Source: an uncultured delta proteobacterium (GTDB taxonomy: Bacteria > Desulfobacterota > Desulfobacteria > Desulfobacterales > UBA2156). From it: a stretch of 64,000 nt of DNA. Below, piece after piece: positions 51,081 through 60,825 of the stretch. A program made the translations under genes and the position numbers. The notes under the pieces are model-generated. The model worked only from the letters and a program-made list of their open reading frames with translations, was not told where the DNA came from and did no database searches. Positions within the stretch are counted from its first letter, which is position 1. Every line of letters begins with the position of its first letter. The DNA is taken from contig CAVTQK010000021.1 in NCBI GenBank assembly GCA_963736855.1, forward strand, positions 448,001-512,000. The letters run 5' to 3'.

Positions 51081-51662
51081 ATGAAATCCTTTTGGATTAT
51101 CCCGGTGTTTCTTTTTGTCGGATGCACGCTGGCTCAGGTGAATGTGGAGGTTTTAAGCGAACGAACCGCACTGGAAAACCAGATCCTGGGCACCTACAAC
51201 GCTTTGGACAATGAAATGCTTCTGCTGGCTTCCGTGAGGGCCGTGGATGCCACCGGTGCTTTTCAGGATACGCCTCCGAAAAGCCGGGAACAGCAGGATG
51301 CGGTCACCGCCCTGCAGGTTTTGGCGTTTCATGCGGACGATCTTACGGCATTTAAAAAGCTGCAGTGGGTGGGTGAAAACAACCAGGGGCTCCTGAGCGC
51401 TTTTCCTATGCAAAAAAAACGTGTTCCGGAGGACCTGGGAGCCTTTGCCGAGCGGTATTCCCAGAAGGAACTTGACTCAGTGGTCTCTCAGATCAACACC
51501 GCCCGTGAAACGCTTATGCGCCGAGTTATCGACCTGAACGAGAATCTCACCGAAGCCGATTGGCCCAGCGTCCGTGCGATCTTCGGTAAGCTCAACGCGG
51601 ATAACGCCCTTCCGGGAGAAAAGATCCAGGACGAGAACGGAACATGGAGAATCAAATCATGA
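51081..51662 (+). CDS. lipoprotein with DUF1318/YdbL-like domain
   Basis: Lipobox FVGC; VGENNQGLL, VSQINTARE and PGEKIQDENGTW resemble YdbL/DUF1318 motifs. Confidence 0.7.
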   Translation: MKSFWIIPVFLFVGCTLAQVNVEVLSERTALENQILGTYNALDNEMLLLASVRAVDATGAFQDTPPKSREQQDAVTALQVLAFHADDLTAFKKLQWVGENNQGLLSAFPMQKKRVPEDLGAFAERYSQKELDSVVSQINTARETLMRRVIDLNENLTEADWPSVRAIFGKLNADNALPGEKIQDENGTWRIKS

Positions 51663-54600
51663 ACTCGGTTAATGCCCTCCGCAAATATTGCTCTTGTCTC
51701 GGTGTCGCACTGGCTGTCCTTTTATGGAGTCGAGGGACCCTGGGGACACAAACCGAGCCTTTTTCGACCAATCAGCCCATACAGATCACTGCAGAGGCGG
51801 ATCCGGTGTTGTCATTTTCAGTATCTTCGGATGGAAAAAAGATTGCATTTGTTTCGAAAAAAAAGCGGTTTCCCGATCTATGGCTCCGAAGCATAGATCC
51901 GGCTGCCCACTTTTCCATGCGCCAGCTTACCGACACTCCGGCTTTGGAATCCGATCCGGCCTTCTCCGAAAACGGCCGCTACATCACTTTCGTTAGCACG
52001 CAAGATGACGCCAAAGGTGATATCTTTGTCATCGACTTAAATCAAAAAACCCCGGCACCGGTCCGGATCACGGGCAAGGAGACCGAAGACGGCGCACCGA
52101 GTTTCGGTCCGGGTGAAACTTTGTTTTTTCATCGCAAGGGCCCCGAGATGCGGGACTATGAACTGGTAGTTGTAAGCATCGGTGCATATGTCCGGGGAAC
52201 GAACGAAAAACAGAAGCCCGTCGTGCTTCCCACACAAGGAGACGCTGCTTTACCGTCCGTTTCTCCAGATGGTCTGGAGGTCGCTTTTGTCAGCACCCGG
52301 AACACCGATTCCTCGGATATTTTCGTCATGAACCTGAAGACCCGGGCGCTCCGGCAGTTGACCACCGGCCTCTTCAGAAACCTTTTCCCCCGATGGTCCT
52401 TGGACGGCCGTTACATCCTTTTTTCGCGATGGTCATGGAATACCAACGGTGACGAGACTGTCGACGAACGGGATCATGCCGTCCTGTTTCGCGTCCCTGC
52501 AAGCGGCGGAGATCCATATCCGCTGACTTCGGCACGCTTTTCATCGATCCGCCCTGCTCCGGCTGAAAACGGAATCTATTTTCTCTCGGATTCAAAGGGG
52601 ATCCCCAACTGCCTACGTATCCCATCGGATGGACAGATTCCCCGGATGGAAAATCCGGAAACACAGCTTGAATTGGCCCGCAACATGTCCCTGAAGCTTC
52701 CCCGTGATCCATATCTTTCGCTCCTGGCTTACCACAAAGTTCTCGAAACGTATTCCCATGTTCCGGCTATTGCAGTTCAAGCCCTCTATTCGATCGGGCT
52801 GACAAGCCTGGAAGAAAAGATGCCGATTCATGCCATACAGGCCTTCGAAAAGATACTGAGCAGATATCCTGACCAGGAGCCCGAGGCCTCTTTAGCGCGG
52901 ATTCAACAAGTTCTCTTAAAAGCTGAAACGGCACTTCAGAGATCCAAAAGCCCCCAAATCCGCATGCAGATCGTTGAAAATGCAAACCGGGAACTGGATC
53001 ATATAGCTGAGGGCAAGGCACTGGATATCCGCCTTTTTTCAGACATCGAAAGAGCCCGACTTCTGAGTCGCACCGAAAGCTCGAGCGCAAACTTGTTGCA
53101 GGCGATCCGCATGCTGGACATGGTCATCGCCGAACCTTCCGCTCAATCCGAACGGGTGGTGGAAGCCATGGTTCTCAAGGGAGATATTTACCGTAAAATC
53201 GGAAATTACGAAGCCGTCTATCCGGTATATCTCGCCGTCATCCAGCGATTTCCCGATGTTCCCGTATGGGCAGACGCCGCCCTGGAACGCATGCTCGATC
53301 TCATCCTCTCTCAAAAAGGGTCCACTCTGCCTGAGGACCGTATCCAACTGCTGAAATCCCTTTCCGATCAGCATCGAACTGATACGCAGAAGCTGGCTAT
53401 GGGCGCCCTCAACCGGGTCGGAGACATCCTTTATGCCGCCGGTGAATGGTCCAAGGCCAAGGCGGCCTATCGCCAGGTGATAGATCAATTCCCGGTTCGC
53501 ACCACCCAGACCGCGGCCGCACGGTTCGCGCTGGCTGAAATCCTGTATCAGGAACAACGGTTTCGAGAAGCACTGGATCTGTATGAAAACGAGATCCACC
53601 TGAGAGAAAAAGAAGATCGTATCCGAAAATTGGCCAGAGCAGGCTTCATCCAAAAATCGATCGACGCCGCCGAATATTTTTTCGATCTCGGGGAAATCGA
53701 CGCCGCCCGGAGTCTTTTTAAGGAGATCATCGATTTCGACGGAAGCTTTGTCGAGGCCCATCGGGGATATATCAAGTGCGCCGCCGCCCAGATGGACATG
53801 GATAAGGTTATTTTAACCTACCGAACCCAGACGATACAAGCCCCTGCGGATCCAATCGCAACATACGCTCTTGGCCTTGGCCTCTCGTATCGGGAGGACA
53901 AAAAAAGCCTCAAGGAAGCCCGAGGGCTCCTCGAGCGGGCGATTCTTCTCAACGGCCAGATCAGCCATTTCCACCGAACTCTGGGGTATGTCCTGGAAGT
54001 CCTCGAAACGGTGTATGGTGAAAAAGGGGGGCTGGAAGGTGCGCTGGAATCATACCAAAAGGCGTTTTTCCTGACCGATCCGGAGGGCGACCCGAACAGC
54101 CACGCCGAACTCAACCTCAATTTGGGAAATGTTTACTTCCTCCTGGGCCAATACGCCAAGGCGTTTCATCATTACGACAAGCGCCTGGCTTCGAAAAAAT
54201 CGATTCCCAGCCTCAAGGCCGCTATTTTATTTTACAAGAGACTGGGAACGGCTGCATTCCAGATTCGCAAAATGGAGGAGACCATCAACGCCTTTTCCGA
54301 GGCCGTCCGACGGATCGATTCCGGGATCGACACCCAAGACCCTTCGACCTATCTGAACAGAGACCACCGGTGCGTCATGGATCGGATCGTGAGTCCTGCC
54401 TTGCGCATCCGGTCCCTGGAAAAAGAGGCTTCAAGGATCGCCGAAGCCCAGGCTGACGCGAACCGTGCTCTCTCCGATATTCAGGCCAGGCGGCAGCAGC
54501 CGCCCAGTCCCGCCTGGAAAGAATACCGCGAAAAGATCCAGCAGCAAATTAAGCTCCAGGAAACGCTGAATCAGAAGGCCCTGTCCCTGGCCAGGACCTC

Positions 54601-57600
54601 TATGAAGTCCGGTCTGCACAGCCAGGCAGATTGGAATGGCTTCAAGGGCACCCTGTCCCTGATGCTTTCAAAAGCCAGAGAAGCTGTCTTGCTTCCGGAA
54701 CAACTCATCGAATTGAAGGTCGAGATGTTGGACAGGCTCGGTCTGGCCTATCAGGAAGCCGGCAGATACCCGGAATCCATCCAATCCTTTGAGCAGGCCT
54801 TTGCTTTGAATGAGAAGCTCGGTTTTAAGAAAAATCTTGCCCTAAACCTGAGATCCATCGCATTCAACCGATATCTTCTGGCGGAAAGACAATCCGGCGA
54901 GGCACGCATCCGGACCCTTCAACTGGCATCCAAAGAGTTTGCTCGTGTCATCGGACTGGTGGATGCCTACGGTGTTCCATCACCTGCCTCGGAATCCGCG
55001 GATGCCTTGATCCGCATCGATGTCCAAACGGCGCTGGATGAGCCTGGCGCAACCCAAAGCGGAAAGGGGTTTTCAAAGACCCAGGAAAAGCGATTGGCGG
55101 AAGCGTTCATGAGCAGAATCTCCATTGAACTGGGAGAAATTGAAACCGCCAGTGAGAGCATGAACAGCCAGACGGCCTCTTATGCAGAAGGGCAAGCGGT
55201 ATCCGATGCAGATGCTTACGGGGTGGCCCTCCTGTTCCATCGGGCCGGTCACCTGGCTGCCTCCCAAAAGGATTGGAAGAAAGCCTACGATAATTTCCTG
55301 CGTTCCGGGGAACTGACCCTGCGTGCCGACATTCCCCTGGGCTCCTATTATAACGCCGTCAATCTGTCTAAAGCGGTCACCCAGGTTCAACCTGATGATC
55401 CCGATAGACGTCGAATGGCCTCAGCCCTGGAAACCTTCGACGCCAAAACACTCAGTCTTCTAACCCGGAATTCTACCGCGGCAACCCCGAAGCTTTTGGC
55501 AGGGTATCACAACGCCATGGGCGTCTACCTGGTTTCGATCCCGGCAAGCCCGAAAAAAGACATCCGGGAAACCATTGAAAAATCCCGACGGTTCCAACGC
55601 GCCATGCTGCATTTTTCCAGGGGGATCCGGATACTGGAGGAACCTAACGTTAAAACCCTTAACCGGGAAGAAGCGTCGCTGCTTTCCACTCTACACCTGA
55701 ATCTGGGCCGAGCAGCCCTTGAACTCAAAGAAGATTCGGCGGCAGCCGACCATTTTCAAAAGGCCCTTAATCTGGCTGAAAGCTCCATCCTGCCTGATAT
55801 CCAATGGCGTACCCTGATCGCTCTCGGACGTCACGAAGAAGCACTCAAGGTCCTGGAATCGGTGACTGCCTTGCGGGCCGGTTGTACCAAAGGCGAAATC
55901 CTGGATGGATTTTTTAGCTCCGTAAGAACCCTCATTGAAAGGCAAGAAACGGAAAGCGCTTTGAACCTTTTGGAAAAGGCGGCGGAATTGGAGCGATACC
56001 ATCGACTGGCTCCGTTGATCCTTAGATTTTCCCATCATGAAAAGCGCTTTTTCATCGAGGCCCTTTCACGGCTGGATCGAATTGATGCATTGCAAGTACA
56101 CCTTTCAGGTGCCGATCCTTTCCGGAAAAAGGACTTGGAATCGGAATTGACCCTTGAAAAAACCCGACTGGCCGACCAGATGGGCGAAAACAATCAAAAC
56201 CTTCCGGATTTCATCCGCCTGATTCCAGATGATGAATCTCGAATATCGGCGATTCGTTTGGTGGGGCTTTCCGCAATTGCCGAATCGATGGCCGATGAGG
56301 CGGTCCGAAACCCAGCCGATGCGGATTTTCGTAAAAAATACACTGAAGCGGTGGACCGATATAAAGCGATCTTCAAAAAGACGCTCAGCCGCCGCTCACC
56401 GGATATGCCGTCCAATCCCCTGGTGCTGTTCGGCCCCGAATCGTATGAGGCCATCGATATTATGGAAACCCTACCGGAAGGTGGCCGGTTTGTCCGCATC
56501 TTCAAGACCTCCCGGGCCTCCGACCCCGTCATTTCATTCATCCTCAAGAAGGATCAGCTTTCAGGCAGCCTCCATGGATCTCTGGAAACTGCACTGAAAA
56601 CCGTGCAGTCGCCCGATCCATCCTCAACTTATCTTGCTTTCGATTACCCGGATGAACTCCCGGTAAACGACCCCATCCTTGAAAGGGGCTATAATCTCGT
56701 TTTAAGCGCGGCCCATTTCATGCGCTCTTTTCATCATAAAAAATTGTTTAAAAGAATCGTGGTCCGCATCCCTTCCCCTGCTTCTAGAAAGGAAGAGACC
56801 TCCCTATCCTCCCCTGATCTCTTACCGTCCCTTTCGGGGAAAGATCCCTCGGGGTTTCATGTCCTGGTGGTGGACACTCCGGTATTTTTGGCTCAGCAGG
56901 TCCCGACAAGGCCCGGGGCGTTTTCCACTCCGTTTGCCGCCGTGGATCTGAAAAACGGGGAACGTTTTCCCCTTTTGCACATATTGAATCGACTCGGCCA
57001 TGCTTCCATCGCACTCCTGGAAAAAGCATCGCCTGAGGATGCCTTTTGGATCGGGCATTTGTTCTCCATCTATGGATGTCCGACACTGGTCCTTCCTGCT
57101 CAATCAGGCTCCGATGATCGGTTTGCCGACGCGTTTCTTAAAGCCTTCCGCACCCATACCGCCGGCGAATCCCTGAAATTGGCCCGTTCGGAGGTTGTCG
57201 GCGCCGGGAAATGGATGCTCGTCGGTTTCCCCGGTATGACTCTGGAGGAATCCAAAGCTTTTGCCCGATCCCATTTCGAATCGTACATCACCCGCGCAAA
57301 ACGCGCCTTTGATCGCAAGCAATTCGGCGAAGCCTTGATCCTTTTTGAAAACGCCATCGATATCGCCTCTGAAACCGATGTGTTCCGATCTCATCTTTTA
57401 GACCTCTACCCTTATGCCCGCGAGAGCGCCTATTTGGCCGGGGATCGAAATAAGGCTCTGGATTTTTCCCAGCGCTTGGTCAAGATTCTGGAAACGGAGC
57501 AACCGGCCTCTAAAGCCCATGCCGAGGCCCTATTAAGGCTCGGGCTTGTGCAGGCCCATTTGGAAATGTACGCTCCGGCCACTGAAACGATGAACCAGGC

Positions 57601-60121
57601 CTTGAAAATCTATCAGGCCCTTCATTTATCTCCCCAACAGGCGGAAACGCTTACAGAAATGGCTTGGGTAGCCGAACAGACTACGGATTATGAGACAGCC
57701 CTGACTTATTTTGAATCCTCGGTTTCGCTGACAAAAGATTCGGATCCCCGGTGGCGTTTGGGTGACCGGTTCCACAGCATCGGCCGTATCTTTGATTTGC
57801 GTTTGAGTCAGTATGCCAAAGCCATTACCAACTATCAGAAGGCAGCCTCCCTCTATCGTCAAGGGGAGCAAAGTTCCGAATCCACGGCACGAATCGCGCA
57901 GACTCTATTGGATGTGGGTCGATGCTATCGGCTCATGGGAAATCTTTCCGAGGCCGAAAAGCACTACGAACAGGCCTTGAAATTGTTATCCTCTGAGCCG
58001 GCCCAGGATACGCTGCGGTCCAAGATCCTCATCGAGCAGGCTAACAATGCCTGGTATCAGGCCCGATATGAACCGGCTTTTCGCTTACAGCAAAAGGCTT
58101 GGGCTATCGCCCTAGAACAGGGTCTCTTGCCCATGCAGGTCATCGCCCTCAACACCTCCGGACCGTTGTGGTGGGCACTCGGGGACAACGAAAAGGCTTT
58201 AGCGGAACTGAATCAGGCCCTTGAGATCGCAAAACGCTTACCCCATCGGGAAGATGAGGTCGCTACCACCCTGAACAACATCGGGATGATCCTCCGGGAA
58301 ACCGGACGGTTCCCGGAAGCACTGGATGCTTTCGAAAAGGCGCTGTCCATCGATAAGCGTCTTAGATCCCGTTGGGCCATGGCATACGACTACCGGCATA
58401 TCGGGGTGACCCACCTGAAGATGGGCCTTCCTCAAAAAGCCATCCCCTTATTGACCACGGCTCTCAATGAAGCCCGTGCCATCGGAAACCGCATCCACGA
58501 GGCAAAAGCCCTCTTAGACCTGGCCGACGCCCATTTGGCCGCCAACAATCCGTCGGATGCCGGTCGTATGTATCAGGAATCGCTTGCCCTATCCGATTCC
58601 CTTGCCATCCAGGAGATTCAATGGCGCGCCCTGTACGGACTGGCACGCATCAAGGAAAAGGCACAACCGGATGAGGCCATACGGCTTCTGAAAGAGGCGG
58701 TAAAGATCATCGAATCCATCCGGTCCAACATCCGGATCAGCCGGCTCAAGGACGGGTTCTTGTCCAACAAGTTAATGGTTTACGAAATCCTCTGCCGACT
58801 CCTGGCCGACTCCGGTAATCCGGTGGAAGCCTTCGAGATGGCTGAGCGATCCCGTTCGAGAAACTTCATCGATCTTTTGGGAAGCCAGTCTTTCTCCCTG
58901 GATCCTGCCGTGGATCGACGCCTTTATGATCGATATCATGCACTCAAAGAACGGATCGAAACCATTAAACAACAGATAATCCAGGATACTGATGCCGAAG
59001 AACGTAAAAGGCAGGAGGCTCTCCTGAAAAAAGCGACATCCGACCTTGAAACAGTGATGATTGAGATTCAGGCATCCAACCCCAGACTTTCCTCGCTGGT
59101 CGCCGTCGAACCCCTTCGAGCGACGGAACTTCAGCAGATGATAGAACCGGGAGTCGCCCTTCTCTCCTACTATATATTGGAAAATGAGCTTTTCTGCTGG
59201 CGTATCCTTCCCCAGGAAATTCGCCTTTTTCGTCAAAAAATCAACCGAAAAGAACTGGAAGAAACCCTTCTGGACTTTCGGCGACGCATCCAAAATCTGG
59301 AGCCGTTCGAAAAGCCGTCCCATGAACTTTACGACATCCTGGTTAAACCTGTTCTTTCCGGCCTGGAGCATATCAAACATCTGGGTATTGTCCCCCATGG
59401 ACATCTTCATTATCTTTCCTTCGCCACCTTATCTGATGGAACGGATTTTCTCATCGACCACTTCCCCATCTTTTATCTTCCCTCTGCCTCCGTCCTGAAA
59501 TATACGAAGGAAAAGCGCATTTCGGGAAAAAACCTCGATGTCCTGGCTATCGGAAACCCGGATTTGGGGAACCTCAACCTGGATTTGCCCTTTTCGGAGC
59601 ATGAAGTCCATTCCATCCAGTGGAACTTCCCGAAAATCACGATCCTGACAAAGGAAAGGGCCACGGAGAAATGGGTTGTTGACAATATCGATCGCTTTGG
59701 AATAATCCATCTGGCATCACACGGCGAGTTTGATCCCGTCAATCCGCTTCTTTCCGCAATCAAACTGTCTAAGGAAGGGGAAAGTGATGGAAACCTGGAG
59801 GCTGCCGAAATCTTCGGACTGAAACTTTCGGCGGATCTCGTGGTCTTAAGCGCCTGCCAGACCGGACTCGGAAAGATCACGGCAGGCGACGATGTGATCG
59901 GGCTCAACCGGGCCTTTCTTTACGCAGGCACCCATGCCATCATCTCCAGCTTGTGGAGAGTCAGTGATATCTCAACGGCCATGCTGATCAAGGCATTCTA
60001 TCGTGAATATGTTGATAAAAACAAAGCAGAAAGCCTTCGCCTGGCTGCCTTGCACGTCAAGAACCGCTACCCCCATCCGGGATACTGGGGAGCCTTTACC
60101 CTGGTCGGAGATTACGAATAA
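51659..60121 (+). CDS. giant exported TolB-like propeller / TPR / CHAT (caspase-like) protein, ~2820 aa
   Basis: Signal-peptide-like N-terminus; PD40-type repeats (SSDGKKIAFVS, PAFSENGRYITFVS, PSVSPDGLEVAFVS); many TPRs; C-terminal CHAT with HLASHG (His codon 59720) and LSACQTG (Cys codon 59855), SLWRV, WGAF. ATGA overlap with the lipoprotein gene. Confidence 0.88.
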   Translation: MNSVNALRKYCSCLGVALAVLLWSRGTLGTQTEPFSTNQPIQITAEADPVLSFSVSSDGKKIAFVSKKKRFPDLWLRSIDPAAHFSMRQLTDTPALESDPAFSENGRYITFVSTQDDAKGDIFVIDLNQKTPAPVRITGKETEDGAPSFGPGETLFFHRKGPEMRDYELVVVSIGAYVRGTNEKQKPVVLPTQGDAALPSVSPDGLEVAFVSTRNTDSSDIFVMNLKTRALRQLTTGLFRNLFPRWSLDGRYILFSRWSWNTNGDETVDERDHAVLFRVPASGGDPYPLTSARFSSIRPAPAENGIYFLSDSKGIPNCLRIPSDGQIPRMENPETQLELARNMSLKLPRDPYLSLLAYHKVLETYSHVPAIAVQALYSIGLTSLEEKMPIHAIQAFEKILSRYPDQEPEASLARIQQVLLKAETALQRSKSPQIRMQIVENANRELDHIAEGKALDIRLFSDIERARLLSRTESSSANLLQAIRMLDMVIAEPSAQSERVVEAMVLKGDIYRKIGNYEAVYPVYLAVIQRFPDVPVWADAALERMLDLILSQKGSTLPEDRIQLLKSLSDQHRTDTQKLAMGALNRVGDILYAAGEWSKAKAAYRQVIDQFPVRTTQTAAARFALAEILYQEQRFREALDLYENEIHLREKEDRIRKLARAGFIQKSIDAAEYFFDLGEIDAARSLFKEIIDFDGSFVEAHRGYIKCAAAQMDMDKVILTYRTQTIQAPADPIATYALGLGLSYREDKKSLKEARGLLERAILLNGQISHFHRTLGYVLEVLETVYGEKGGLEGALESYQKAFFLTDPEGDPNSHAELNLNLGNVYFLLGQYAKAFHHYDKRLASKKSIPSLKAAILFYKRLGTAAFQIRKMEETINAFSEAVRRIDSGIDTQDPSTYLNRDHRCVMDRIVSPALRIRSLEKEASRIAEAQADANRALSDIQARRQQPPSPAWKEYREKIQQQIKLQETLNQKALSLARTSMKSGLHSQADWNGFKGTLSLMLSKAREAVLLPEQLIELKVEMLDRLGLAYQEAGRYPESIQSFEQAFALNEKLGFKKNLALNLRSIAFNRYLLAERQSGEARIRTLQLASKEFARVIGLVDAYGVPSPASESADALIRIDVQTALDEPGATQSGKGFSKTQEKRLAEAFMSRISIELGEIETASESMNSQTASYAEGQAVSDADAYGVALLFHRAGHLAASQKDWKKAYDNFLRSGELTLRADIPLGSYYNAVNLSKAVTQVQPDDPDRRRMASALETFDAKTLSLLTRNSTAATPKLLAGYHNAMGVYLVSIPASPKKDIRETIEKSRRFQRAMLHFSRGIRILEEPNVKTLNREEASLLSTLHLNLGRAALELKEDSAAADHFQKALNLAESSILPDIQWRTLIALGRHEEALKVLESVTALRAGCTKGEILDGFFSSVRTLIERQETESALNLLEKAAELERYHRLAPLILRFSHHEKRFFIEALSRLDRIDALQVHLSGADPFRKKDLESELTLEKTRLADQMGENNQNLPDFIRLIPDDESRISAIRLVGLSAIAESMADEAVRNPADADFRKKYTEAVDRYKAIFKKTLSRRSPDMPSNPLVLFGPESYEAIDIMETLPEGGRFVRIFKTSRASDPVISFILKKDQLSGSLHGSLETALKTVQSPDPSSTYLAFDYPDELPVNDPILERGYNLVLSAAHFMRSFHHKKLFKRIVVRIPSPASRKEETSLSSPDLLPSLSGKDPSGFHVLVVDTPVFLAQQVPTRPGAFSTPFAAVDLKNGERFPLLHILNRLGHASIALLEKASPEDAFWIGHLFSIYGCPTLVLPAQSGSDDRFADAFLKAFRTHTAGESLKLARSEVVGAGKWMLVGFPGMTLEESKAFARSHFESYITRAKRAFDRKQFGEALILFENAIDIASETDVFRSHLLDLYPYARESAYLAGDRNKALDFSQRLVKILETEQPASKAHAEALLRLGLVQAHLEMYAPATETMNQALKIYQALHLSPQQAETLTEMAWVAEQTTDYETALTYFESSVSLTKDSDPRWRLGDRFHSIGRIFDLRLSQYAKAITNYQKAASLYRQGEQSSESTARIAQTLLDVGRCYRLMGNLSEAEKHYEQALKLLSSEPAQDTLRSKILIEQANNAWYQARYEPAFRLQQKAWAIALEQGLLPMQVIALNTSGPLWWALGDNEKALAELNQALEIAKRLPHREDEVATTLNNIGMILRETGRFPEALDAFEKALSIDKRLRSRWAMAYDYRHIGVTHLKMGLPQKAIPLLTTALNEARAIGNRIHEAKALLDLADAHLAANNPSDAGRMYQESLALSDSLAIQEIQWRALYGLARIKEKAQPDEAIRLLKEAVKIIESIRSNIRISRLKDGFLSNKLMVYEILCRLLADSGNPVEAFEMAERSRSRNFIDLLGSQSFSLDPAVDRRLYDRYHALKERIETIKQQIIQDTDAEERKRQEALLKKATSDLETVMIEIQASNPRLSSLVAVEPLRATELQQMIEPGVALLSYYILENELFCWRILPQEIRLFRQKINRKELEETLLDFRRRIQNLEPFEKPSHELYDILVKPVLSGLEHIKHLGIVPHGHLHYLSFATLSDGTDFLIDHFPIFYLPSASVLKYTKEKRISGKNLDVLAIGNPDLGNLNLDLPFSEHEVHSIQWNFPKITILTKERATEKWVVDNIDRFGIIHLASHGEFDPVNPLLSAIKLSKEGESDGNLEAAEIFGLKLSADLVVLSACQTGLGKITAGDDVIGLNRAFLYAGTHAIISSLWRVSDISTAMLIKAFYREYVDKNKAESLRLAALHVKNRYPHPGYWGAFTLVGDYE

Positions 60122-60126
60122 CATTT

Positions 60127-60279
60127 GATGAAATCGTAAAAACTCAAGATTAGGATGGCAAAGTAAAAAGCTTCAGATGCAAGGCGCGCAAATCCTGAGG
60201 AATGAGGCGTACATATGGGTACGCCGCAATGACGAAGGATGCAGTGCAACGCAGCAGATGGACTTTTTACGAAGCCATC
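60127..60279. mobile_element. 153 bp MITE-like repeat, copy 3
   Basis: About 4 differences from copy 1 (reverse complement); flanked by direct repeat acattt; just after the CHAT gene stop. Confidence 0.85.
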
Positions 60280-60297
60280 ACATTTAAAGGAACGGAT

Positions 60298-60825
60298 ATG
60301 TTGTTACGACGGGTCATCATCACGATTTTTCTTTCAATGATACTGGCCGGAGCTCACCTCAGCCACTCGGCCGAACGGGTCTGGGTCTCTTCTTTCGACG
60401 CCAAACTCAAGGCCGACAAAACCGCATCATCTCAAACCCTCGCCGTCCTGACGGTGGGAGCCGAACTGACCGTAAACAGCGAGGATGAGCGATGGTATCT
60501 TGTCACCGCTCAAGACGGGAAAAAGGGGTGGATCTATCGAGGCAAAGTCTCTTCAGAGCCTCCACAGCCTTCCGGCGAAAAAACCGAAGGCGATTCGGTG
60601 GGAAAGCTCCTGACAGGGCTTACCGGCAGCCGGATCGGATCCGGTGAAGCCGATACCTCGAGAAGCATGCGCATGCTCTCTGTGGAAAAAAAGAAAAAAA
60701 AGGACGGGTCTCAACCCGATCAGAATTACGAGGAAGCCCTTGAATCGGTTCTGTCGCGCCGGATTCCAGACGTTCGTGTCGATCAATTCCTGGAAGCCGC
60801 CAAAATCGGTGAATATGCGCCATAA
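60298..60825 (+). CDS. exported bacterial SH3-domain protein
   Basis: Signal peptide ending SHSA; AKLKAD..LTVGAELTV..WYLVTAQDGKKGWIY. Start moved out of the MITE to ATG 60298 after AAAGGA. Confidence 0.75.
   Translation: MLLRRVIITIFLSMILAGAHLSHSAERVWVSSFDAKLKADKTASSQTLAVLTVGAELTVNSEDERWYLVTAQDGKKGWIYRGKVSSEPPQPSGEKTEGDSVGKLLTGLTGSRIGSGEADTSRSMRMLSVEKKKKKDGSQPDQNYEEALESVLSRRIPDVRVDQFLEAAKIGEYAP

Noticed and set aside
51659..60121. CHAT protein as a CRISPR type III-E (Craspase) or other cytoplasmic defence component
   Set aside because: No CRISPR array or cas genes are seen; the protein has a signal peptide and envelope-gene neighbours.
60202..60297. N-terminal extension of the SH3 ORF in the track
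   Set aside because: Lies in the MITE. ATG 60298 has an RBS and begins a signal peptide.
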